Below are positions 1 through 8,900 of a stretch of DNA of 64,000 nucleotides, piece after piece; positions within the stretch are counted from its first letter, which is position 1; the number at the start of each line of letters is the position of its first letter. The stretch lies in the IMG/VR virus record IMGVR_UViG_3300026116_000008. One strand, 5' to 3'. A program made the translations under genes and the position numbers. Below the pieces are notes generated by a model. That model saw only the letters and a program-made list of their open reading frames with translations, did no database searches and had not been told where the DNA came from. The DNA comes from an uncultured virus (IMG/VR IMGVR_UViG_3300026116_000008). Its lineage: Duplodnaviria > Heunggongvirae > Uroviricota > Caudoviricetes.

Positions 1-885
1 GTCTTCAAGGGCAAGACGTGGGCCCTGATGCATCAGGGCACCAAGCACCTGTTCGTACGGAAGGACGATGGGACGCCCCTGCCGTACCTCGACGTCATTT
101 TTATTGGCGTGAACCCGCAGAACTCGAAGATGTACTACGAGGGCACCTACGTGGAGGACAGCCAAGAGGCGCCGGACTGCACCTCGGTGGACGGCAGCGT
201 GCCCGACCCGGGCTGTCCTTCGCCGCAGGCGCAGTCGTGCGCGATCTGTCCCCACAACCAGTGGCTCCCAAACCGGCAGGGCAAAGAGTGTCAGGATCAC
301 CGCCGGGTCGCGATCCTGCTCCTGCCGACCATGGCTACCATGCCGCCGCTCGAAGCGCCGCTGCTGGAAGGCGTCTTTTTCAAGGTCCCGCCGGCCAGCC
401 TGAAGACCTTCAAGTCCTACAGCGACCAGCTGAACCACCGCGGCGCGCACTTCGCCAGCGTGATCACGCGCATCTCGTTCGACCCGAACAAGCAGTTCCA
501 GATGAATTTTACGTTTCTGCAACCGCTGACCAACGCCGAAGCACCTTTGGTGCTCCCGATGCTGGAAGACCCGCAGGTCCGGGAACTGATCGGCACCGCA
601 CCGCGCGTGCAGATGCTGGCGAAGCCGGAGCCGAAGCGGGACGACGGTCCGGTCGACACGGGCCTGTTGGGCGCGTTCGCCGCAGCGGGCGGCGCCGTCA
701 AGGACGGCGAAATCCAGCCGCCCAAGCGCCAGCAGCGCCGGCCAAAGCTGGTGGAGGCGGTCGCGGAGCCGCAGCAGCAGCATGACAGCGACGGCGGCGA
801 GGGAGACCCGGAGGAGAGCGATCCGAACCTCGACGACGCCGTGAAAAACGCCTTGGGCAAAAAGCTCTCGGACATGCTCAAATAG
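1..885 (+). CDS. Putative ssDNA-binding/replication accessory protein (5' truncated by window edge)
   Basis: Frame open from base 1; Cys motifs (PDCTS..SCAICP..KEC), acidic low-complexity C-terminus; directly upstream of primase-helicase. Confidence 0.55.
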   Translation, partial: VFKGKTWALMHQGTKHLFVRKDDGTPLPYLDVIFIGVNPQNSKMYYEGTYVEDSQEAPDCTSVDGSVPDPGCPSPQAQSCAICPHNQWLPNRQGKECQDHRRVAILLLPTMATMPPLEAPLLEGVFFKVPPASLKTFKSYSDQLNHRGAHFASVITRISFDPNKQFQMNFTFLQPLTNAEAPLVLPMLEDPQVRELIGTAPRVQMLAKPEPKRDDGPVDTGLLGAFAAAGGAVKDGEIQPPKRQQRRPKLVEAVAEPQQQHDSDGGEGDPEESDPNLDDAVKNALGKKLSDMLK

Positions 886-940
886 CGCTGTAGGAATACG
901 GCACGGGAGCATCACACCGTGCGGCAGGGGCGGACCGGGA

Positions 941-3892
941 ATGAAAGTCAGGGACTTTTTGGCGTCTGTTGTCCCGTGGGGACACCATGTCGTCGTCAAT
1001 TGGCACCATGCCAAATGGAAAGGTCATTTCCGTAGCCGTTCCTGCCGCACGCCCGATGAAGTTCTGCAGGCCGCAAGGCAACTTGCGCTGCAGAACGATT
1101 TTTACTTCTGTCTGACCAGCCAGCAGGAAGGCGGCGGCAAGCGCGAAGCCGACAACGCCGTCGCGGCGCGATCGCTGTTCATCGACGTCGACGTCGGCCC
1201 AAAGAAATTTTACAAGACCGTCGAAGACGCCATGGAGGCGCTGCTCGTCTTTTGTAAAAAGACCGGCATGCCGAAGCCTTCGGCCGTGGTCCTCTCGGGC
1301 GGCGGGCTCCATGCCTACTGGTTCTCGGACCGTGATTTGCCGATTTCCGATTGGAAGCCCTACGCCGAAGGGCTGAAGATCGCCGCGGCGACATACGGTT
1401 TCAAGATCGACCCGACAGTGACGGCCGACGCCGCGCGCATCCTGCGGCTCCCCGGCACGCTGAACCACAAGTACGGCGCGCCGCGCGTCGTCGAGCTCGT
1501 GGAGGGCTCCAGCGGCCAGTGGTTCGACTTCTCGCACACCTTCAAGATGCTGCTCGGCTACGCCGGTGCACCGAAGGCCAGCACGGGCCGTATCGAGGTG
1601 GCGGATGCGTTCAAGCATCTCGACCCGAACCAGAAGCTGGCCGAGAACATGGCGGAGGAACTCCCGCCGCTCCCTTTTTTGCCCATCAAAAACGGCTGCG
1701 GGTGGTTCGGCGCGGCTTTTGAGACCGGCGGCCGCGACTTCGATCAGCCGCAGTGGCATCTCATGGCGCTGGCGGCGACGTTCATGGAGAACGGCCGCGA
1801 GGTCTTCCATGAACTGAGCAACAAGCACCACGACTACGTCCCACACAAAACGGACGAAATGTTCGACCGCAAGGTCGATGACCAGCAACAGCGTGATCTT
1901 GGCTGGCCGTCGTGCAAGACCATTTCCGAGAGCGGTGCCGGTGCGTTCTGCAAAGCCTGTCCGCACTTCGCCAAAGGCAGGTCACCGCTGGCGCTCGCGC
2001 AGGAAGTCATCCGCGAGGAGGCCATCGCCGAAGAAATGGCCCTGTTGAAGGGGACGCGCCCGGTCGAATTGCGTCTTCCGGCCGGATTTTGCCTCAACGA
2101 AAAGAAGCAGCTTTGCTGGTTCGTTCCATCGCAGATCGTGAAGAAGAAAAAGGAACCGGCGAAACTTTTGCTGTTGATCTACAACGTGATCCGCAGCCCG
2201 CAGCTGCAGGTCCACAACGGCATGCGCGGGATCAGCTTCGTTGCCAGCGCCGATCGCGGGGCCGAAGTCGAAGTGTTCATCGGCGCCGGCGCGGCGTACC
2301 GCGACAGCGGTCTTTTATCGACGCTCGCCGAGAACGGTGTGCTCTACAATCCATCTCCGGAAGCAAAGATCATGGTTGAACGGTTCGCCACGTCGTGGCT
2401 CGACAAGCTCCTCGAAGAAGACAAAGCCAGCGTGCGCGACCCCGGCATGGGCTGGAAACACGACAAGGACGGCAAGCTGTCCGCCTTCGTTTACGGCGGC
2501 GTCATGTACAACAGCGACGGCACGCAGACGCCCCTCGTGCAGACCACCGTCGACGATGAATTTCGCCAGTGGTACACCCCGAAGGGAGAGAGCGAGGCAT
2601 GGTTCGAGGCAGCGAAGCTGATCACCGATCGCAAGCGCGCAGAGCTCAATATCATTCTAGCGGTGCCGTTTGCCGCGCCATTGATCGTCTTTGCTGGTGC
2701 ACTCTATGGCTCTGTCTTGTCGCTGTATGGTGGCGCTGGTTCTGGCAAGAGCATCACGCAGCACGTCGCCGCCTCCGTCTGGGGGCATCCGAAACAGACC
2801 CGCGAGAGCCTGACGTCAACACCGAAGTCGGTGCAGGGCCGCCTTGGCCGCACCAAGAACCTGCCCGCGTACTGGGATGACATTCAGGACGAACGGCACC
2901 AGCTGGCGCTGTTCGACGTCATGTTCGTGGCGACCGAAGGCACTGAGGGCGGCAGGCTCAACCCGGATAGCTCCTACAAGCAGCGTCTCGAATGGCAGTC
3001 GATGGTGTTGTGCTGTTCGAACTCCAGCTTCGTCGACTATCTGGTGAAGAAACAAAAGAGCACCACGGCCGGCATCCGCCGTGTGTTTGAAATTCACTAT
3101 GAGAAACGCGAAGACCCGGCCGTCGATCCGGTCGACGCGCTGCGGAAGTTCGCCGCGCTCGAACACAACTACGGCGGCGTCGGCGCCACATACGCCGCGA
3201 TGCTGGCGCGCGAGCACACGATGATAAAAGACCTTGTCGGACACACGACGAGCTCGTTCAGACAAGCCGTGAACGGCGGCTCCGACGAGAGTTTCTGGTG
3301 GGGCCTCTGCGGCGTGTTGCTGGCCGGTGCGCTGCTCGCGCGCAAGATCGGTATCGATCTGGACGTCGAGCAGATGACGAAGTTCCTCATCGACACGTTC
3401 ATGCAGAACCGCAAGACGCGGCTGGACAGCGGCAACGAAGGCGGGTCGTACAAGAACACGCAGAACGCGATCGTCGACTTCCTCAACGAGCACGTCGGCG
3501 CCGGCCATGCGCTCTACACCCGCGAGAAATTCCGCCACCACGAGGTGCCGGTCACGGTGCTGGCCTCGCCGAACGCCGGCAAGAACATCTACATCCAGTT
3601 CATCCGCGATCTGCGGATGTTCGTGGTTTCAAAACGTGCGTTCAGGGAGTGGCTGGAGAAGAAAGAGCAGCGCCCGCGGCAGGTATTCGATGGACTGTCG
3701 AAGCACTTCAGCGTGAAGGAAGTCCGGCACACGTTGGGCGCTGGTACGTCCTTCTCGCTGGCGCAGGAGATGTGCCTAGAAATCCCGGTACCGGTCGGAC
3801 CAAGTGTATTCGAGCATCTTCTGGTTGCTCACGGAAAACCGGTCCCAGAACTTGTTCCAGTCGGAACGAGCAACGTTGGCGGGGCGGGTTAA
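941..3892 (+). CDS. Primase-helicase (AEP/RepB-like primase + DUF927-type P-loop helicase)
   Basis: SLFIDVD, SGGGLHAYW, DAARILRLPGTLNHK primase motifs; FCKACPH Cys cluster; Walker A GGAGSGKS, Walker B-like YWDDI. Confidence 0.85.
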   Translation: MKVRDFLASVVPWGHHVVVNWHHAKWKGHFRSRSCRTPDEVLQAARQLALQNDFYFCLTSQQEGGGKREADNAVAARSLFIDVDVGPKKFYKTVEDAMEALLVFCKKTGMPKPSAVVLSGGGLHAYWFSDRDLPISDWKPYAEGLKIAAATYGFKIDPTVTADAARILRLPGTLNHKYGAPRVVELVEGSSGQWFDFSHTFKMLLGYAGAPKASTGRIEVADAFKHLDPNQKLAENMAEELPPLPFLPIKNGCGWFGAAFETGGRDFDQPQWHLMALAATFMENGREVFHELSNKHHDYVPHKTDEMFDRKVDDQQQRDLGWPSCKTISESGAGAFCKACPHFAKGRSPLALAQEVIREEAIAEEMALLKGTRPVELRLPAGFCLNEKKQLCWFVPSQIVKKKKEPAKLLLLIYNVIRSPQLQVHNGMRGISFVASADRGAEVEVFIGAGAAYRDSGLLSTLAENGVLYNPSPEAKIMVERFATSWLDKLLEEDKASVRDPGMGWKHDKDGKLSAFVYGGVMYNSDGTQTPLVQTTVDDEFRQWYTPKGESEAWFEAAKLITDRKRAELNIILAVPFAAPLIVFAGALYGSVLSLYGGAGSGKSITQHVAASVWGHPKQTRESLTSTPKSVQGRLGRTKNLPAYWDDIQDERHQLALFDVMFVATEGTEGGRLNPDSSYKQRLEWQSMVLCCSNSSFVDYLVKKQKSTTAGIRRVFEIHYEKREDPAVDPVDALRKFAALEHNYGGVGATYAAMLAREHTMIKDLVGHTTSSFRQAVNGGSDESFWWGLCGVLLAGALLARKIGIDLDVEQMTKFLIDTFMQNRKTRLDSGNEGGSYKNTQNAIVDFLNEHVGAGHALYTREKFRHHEVPVTVLASPNAGKNIYIQFIRDLRMFVVSKRAFREWLEKKEQRPRQVFDGLSKHFSVKEVRHTLGAGTSFSLAQEMCLEIPVPVGPSVFEHLLVAHGKPVPELVPVGTSNVGGAG

Positions 3893-3955
3893 CTTCTGGC
3901 CATCGATCTCGACGTGGTCCATGAACACGTCGACGTTCGGTTGGTAGTTGCTCAT
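3776..3955 (-). CDS. 59-aa hypothetical protein overlapping the primase 3' end in antisense (not in ORF track)
   Basis: AGGAGG RBS before ATG; MSNYQPNVDVFMDHVEIDGQKLTRP...; GC-rich third positions on minus strand. Confidence 0.6.
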   Translation of the reverse strand: MSNYQPNVDVFMDHVEIDGQKLTRPANVARSDWNKFWDRFSVSNQKMLEYTWSDRYRDF

Positions 3956-3968
3956 CCCGCCCTCCTGT

Positions 3969-4187
3969 TTAAGACTTCGGCTTCACCGGCGTGAGACACT
4001 TGGTGTCGCCCTTGGCGACGCTCAGCGGGTCTTTCTTCCCGCCGTAGTCCTGCCGGGCACCCGGACCCTTGTCTTCCCGGAACACGTCCGGCTGCTTCAT
4101 GAAGATCGAGCGGCCCTCTTTGATGACGGCACCGCCCTTGGCGTAGCTCGCGTTGGTCGGGCCGGTGCCTTTGTACGGTGCAGTCAT
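3969..4187 (-). CDS. Small basic protein with YAKGG motif
   Basis: GAGG RBS; MTAPYKGTGPTNASYAKGGAV...; typical codon usage. Confidence 0.65.
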   Translation of the reverse strand: MTAPYKGTGPTNASYAKGGAVIKEGRSIFMKQPDVFREDKGPGARQDYGGKKDPLSVAKGDTKCLTPVKPKS

Positions 4188-4230
4188 TTTTTCCTCGCTG
4201 GAATTTGGAACCCCTCTGGGAACCAAATTA

Positions 4231-4704
4231 TCAGAACGTGGCGATGTTCACCACGATCATTTTCAGGTCGCGGATTTTGGCGGGTTCGAGGAAAACCTCC
4301 CGGTCCTTGGTCGACAGGGTCTTGTCGGGAATTTTGGTCCGCTCGTTGTTGTAGGCCGCCAGCTTGCTCATGATGTCGAGCTCGAAGAAAAGCTCTTGGT
4401 CGGTGGCGTCCGTGAACATCGCGGGGCCTTGGTAGATCAGCGCGATCTCCGGTCTCACGCGGCGGTCCGGATCAGCGATGACGACTTGTACAAGACGTCT
4501 GGTTTCAACGGGCATTGGTAACTCCTCTGGTTCAAGTTGCAGTAGTGGTGGTCTTGGAAAGGCAGCTTTCCCGCGGCGCATCGCGCCAGCGGCAAGATTG
4601 GCCGGCGGCAGGGGGAGCGCTTCGCCAAAAACGTTTACGTCAGGCTCCGGGTTGTAAAAGGACGTGCTGTAGGTGCCTGCAGCGATCGACGGTAAATCAG
4701 CCAT
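4231..4704 (-). CDS. Hypothetical phage protein
   Basis: ORF MADLPSIAAG...EPAKIRDLKMIVVNIATF; start uncertain. Confidence 0.6.
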   Translation of the reverse strand: MADLPSIAAGTYSTSFYNPEPDVNVFGEALPLPPANLAAGAMRRGKAAFPRPPLLQLEPEELPMPVETRRLVQVVIADPDRRVRPEIALIYQGPAMFTDATDQELFFELDIMSKLAAYNNERTKIPDKTLSTKDREVFLEPAKIRDLKMIVVNIATF

Positions 4705-5119
4705 GGGTAAGGTCTTTCGTGTTGTGTCGTCTGACCTACCGGCCGGCGCGACGAGAAAGGAAGCTGTCGGCGACTTTCCCAAGGTCAAAACTTGCGCCTG
4801 CGAATGTCGTGCCGAAGCAGCTATCCGTTATTGATCCGGTCTGATTGTGTTCCAGCAACGAAAACAACAGATCGGACTTCGCCGTCTCGCGCGATGGTTC
4901 GAACGAACTCGCGTCCAGCCACATCGCGCACCGTTTGAACAAACGCGCCGTCCAAGTTTTCGGATTGCTCAAGGATTGTCTCCTTTTCCATAGTCAGGGT
5001 CTCCGTCTCGCGCTGTCAGCGCTTAAGTCGCTTCTCGATGTCGTCCAGCTTCATCATCGTGCCCACGTTCCACGCAAGCGACAGAAGATTGAGGCCGATC
5101 AGAACGTAGTCGCCTAGGG

Positions 5120-5383
5120 TCATGTTGCGTCCTTTGCCATGTCCGGTGTGGTCCCGATCTTCGTGGCGCGGTCGCTTCCGCCAGCCAGTTGACTAGCTGT
5201 GGCATCTCGGAGCGGCAGCGTCAGGACGCGCTCGTAGACGGTCGGAAACGCCGTGCTGAGTTCTTTCAGCAACTCGTCGGCCCGATCTGCAGCCATATCC
5301 AAACGGGCTTTCCGGCACATGGTTTTCAGAACACAAATGCCGAGATACGCCCCGTAGATCGCCTGCTCTTGTTCGTCGGTCAT
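5120..5383 (-). CDS. Hypothetical protein
   Basis: 87-aa ORF co-oriented with neighbours. Confidence 0.55.
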   Translation of the reverse strand: MTDEQEQAIYGAYLGICVLKTMCRKARLDMAADRADELLKELSTAFPTVYERVLTLPLRDATASQLAGGSDRATKIGTTPDMAKDAT

Positions 5384-5410
5384 CGTCGGACTTTCCCAAA
5401 GACGGGGGTA

Positions 5411-5851
5411 TCATGCTGGTGGCGGGAGAAGTTTGTTGCTGGTGACGTATTCAACCAGCGTCTGCCCGTTGTTCATCATCATGTACGGCATGAACACAGC
5501 GTCAAAAGACAGGATACCGCACTCGACAGCCATGACCTGCCCCTTCACCCAGTCGCGCAAAACCGAGTTGACCGCGACCAGCCCCTGCCGCAACGCCGCG
5601 CGCTCGTAGTCCTGCTTGTTGCTCTTGCGGCGATACGTGTACGGGTTCTCTTTCAGGTACATCGCCGCCCAGCCCTTTGCAGACGCCTTCAGCTGCATCT
5701 GCCGGCCGCGGTGCTTGAACGCCAGAATGAGTTCGTAGTTCTCGAAATCATCCATGAAGCCGACGCTCTCGCAGCCGAACCGGCGCAAAAGTTTCGTGAT
5801 TTCATCGCGGGCGGCAGCGCCGCTGGTCGCGCGGTCGTAGGGCGTGGTCAT
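5411..5851 (-). CDS. Hypothetical phage protein
   Basis: MTTPYDRATSG... start downstream of a TTGACG promoter; coding-like composition. Confidence 0.7.
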   Translation of the reverse strand: MTTPYDRATSGAAARDEITKLLRRFGCESVGFMDDFENYELILAFKHRGRQMQLKASAKGWAAMYLKENPYTYRRKSNKQDYERAALRQGLVAVNSVLRDWVKGQVMAVECGILSFDAVFMPYMMMNNGQTLVEYVTSNKLLPPPA

Positions 5852-5876
5852 GAATGTGAAATTCCCTAGAGCCGGG

Positions 5877-5905
5877 AACATCTCACGCACGAAATGTAAC
5901 GTCAA
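5877..5905 (-). promoter_or_regulatory. Leftward sigma70-like promoter with overlapping 17-bp operator
   Basis: Minus strand TTGACG-N17-GATGTT (weak -10); operator-like ACGCAC-GAAAT-GTAACG at 5885-5901. Confidence 0.45.
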
Positions 5906-5920
5906 CTTAAAGACGTGTCT

Positions 5921-8900
5921 TTATTGGTCGCGTCGAAGAACTCTTCGCGGCTCCGGCGCAACGCCTCTGTAGCCGCGATCAACATTTTGCCGGCGCTCGC
6001 TCGCGCGCCATTCGCGTTCGGCACGACGATCGTCGGCGATCTTCTGCCCCTGCGGATCAGAGACCCACTTGCCGGGCGCGCGCAGACCCAGAAGCTGCTC
6101 GGGGTAAGAAATATTGGACTGTTTGTACGGCGTCTTCCCCGCGCTCCGTACGAAGATCGGCGTCATGCGCTCGCCGAACGCTTTCGCGCGCTCGCCAAGT
6201 GCTTCCGGAACGCTCGCTTTCGGTGGCACGATCGGCTTCGGCCCGGTCTCGGTCATTTTTGAGTTGGCCAGTTGCTCGCCGATCGCAGACCAGAGGCCCG
6301 CCACCTTGTTGCCGGCTTCACGCCCCGGATGGGCGATGTAGGCCGCGATGTCCTTGTGATAGCCCGGCAGCAGCGCGCGCTCCGGCACCTGCCGCCCCTT
6401 GCCGACACCCGGCTGCTTGCCGCCGGTCTCCGGCCACGCCAGATCGCGCCACTCGTCGGGCCCCTTACCGGTCTTCAGGAACTGGTAGAGCATGGACATG
6501 GCCGCCACCGACATCGGGAACGCCACGGCGTAGGCGGCACGGGGGTCGTAATTTTTGGCGCTCAGTGAGAGGCGGTTCTCGCCCTTCAGCGCGCCGCGGG
6601 CGAGGCTCTGCGTGCCGCCGCCGATCTCGCGGAACACGCCACCGACGGTGAACGAGAACGACCGCAGGGTCAGCGACGCCGCATCGCGCAGGACGCGGTT
6701 CATCATCATGTTGTCGTGGGCCATCTCACCCATGCGGTTGTCGATCGACTTGCCGATCTTGATCGCGGCTTCCTGAAACTGCGCGTCCGTGTGGTTCGGG
6801 TTGGCCTTCATCCACGCTTGCATGTTTTCGCTGAACGCGGCGGTCTTCATGCGCGGGATGTAGTGCTCGAACAGCGGCTTGGCGATCGACTGCATCATGC
6901 GCCCGGCCATCCGCGGCACGAACGACATGCCTTCCTTCCAGTTCTTGTCGCCGACGATGCTCTTGTACTCGGCGATCATCTCATGCTTCAGCGAGCCCTT
7001 GGCGATCGAGTTCCAGAGCGAGCCGGCTTTCGACATGTCGTAGTCGAGTGCGTGCTTCATGCCGATCGGCGAGAAGTTCGCAAGTTTCATCGCCTTGACG
7101 ATCTTTTGCTCGCCGGGCGTGCCTTCGACCTTGCCGGCGTAGACGTCTGCAAGCCGCTGCCCTTCTCCGCCCTTGAGCCGGGCTTCCTGTACGGGGCTGG
7201 CGAGCGCCTTCGCCAGCGTCTTGCCGGCGTCGGCAACGTTTCCGCTTGCGGCTTGTGAAAGCGCCGTCGACAGGCCGGACGCCATGCGCTCGTGCACGGT
7301 GGTGAACGCGTGATAGGTCGGGATGCCCAACTCCAGCATCGTGAAGGTGTTGGACGCCCGGCGCAGCGACGAGACCAAGTCTTCGGCGCCGATCGCGTGG
7401 CCCAGCCCCGGGCCGAACGCGTTGTTGAACGTCTCGGCGTAGTCGCGCGGTGCATACGCCTGCTTGCCGTCTTTATTGGTCAGCCCGCGCATCGGCGCCC
7501 AGCCCTCGGGCGGGCCACCACGACGATACGGGTTCGGCGTGCCGGCAGCGGCGACGGTCTCGGGCGTAAAATATTTGATGTGGCCGGACTTCTCGCCGTT
7601 CGCGACAATCTGGCGGTAGGCGATGTAGTCGCCCATGGCGTTGGTGTAGCGCAACACGCGCTCGATCGGGTTGGTCGAGATGGGCGTGAAGCCGGCACGG
7701 CGCGCGTCTTCGTCGGTCGGGAAGAACTTTTTCTTGGTGCTGCCGCCACCGCCCGCGGCGATGTTGTCGCGGTAGAACTTGATCGCCTCTTTCGGGTTCT
7801 CGTACTGGCCCGCCAGATATTTGTCGTTGTCCCAGAACTTCATCTGCTCGAACTCCGGCATGGAGCGCAGCTTGTTCTCGAACATCTTGTGGATATCGCG
7901 CAGCACGTCGACGACCCGCTTCTCGCCCTCCGTCGGCCGGAAGTTCGGGAAGTCGCTGCCGCCTTGGATGTAGTTCACCAGTGCGCGCTGACGATCCTGA
8001 CCCTCTTGCGTCTTGGCGAGGTCGTTCATCATGCGATGCATTTCATTGGTGAACTTCGCGTCTGCAACCGTCTTTAATTGGTTCTTCTCGCCGAACTCAC
8101 CCATGATGTTGTTGCGCGCGGCACGGCCACTCTCGGTCTCGGACGCAACGGCGCCAACCCAGCGCTTGACGTTGGTCCAGAGATCGTTCTTCAGGTCGTC
8201 GGCGGTCGCCGTCGCCGCCGGTGTCTCGTCTGCGCTGCGCACGCGCTCCAGTTTCTCGAACGGCTCGCGGTATTCCCCCTGCTTGTCTTCAACGGCGTTG
8301 CGCTTCAGGAAGTCGCCCTTGGCCTTCGGATTGATATCCATGGCCTTCGCCGTCGCGCGGATCATGCCTTCGAGCGCGCTGATCTGATCCTTCGGAATGT
8401 TGAAGAACTTGCGGACGGCACCGACGACGGCGTCCCACGCGTTCTTGACCGGCGTGCCGAGATATTCAGACAGCCGCGACGCAGCGCCGGGCGAGAGTTG
8501 GTGCTCGCCCAGCATCTTCTGGAACGTCGGGTTGGAGAACGCCTCAGAAATGAACTCGCGCTCGTTCGTGAAACCGTATTTCGTGTCTTTCCGCTGCGGG
8601 TGGAACGGGTCCGCCTGCGCGACGTCTTTCATGATGCCGTTGATGGCTTTGCGGAGGTCCGGGTCTTTTAAGACCGCGTGCGCCGTGACGGCATGGAGCC
8701 CTTCGTGGATGATTGCGTGCTTGAGATTTTCCGGGTTTTTGAACGCTGCGTCGTTGAGGAAGATATGGTCCTGCTGGCGGTTGTAGCCGCCAAGCGAGCC
8801 GCGCATTCCAGCGCGGTTAATCTCGCTTTCCGGGACGATGTAGACCGGCATGTTGCCGATCTCTTTCATCACCTTTTCGCCGAGAAACTTCGTCAAGCCT

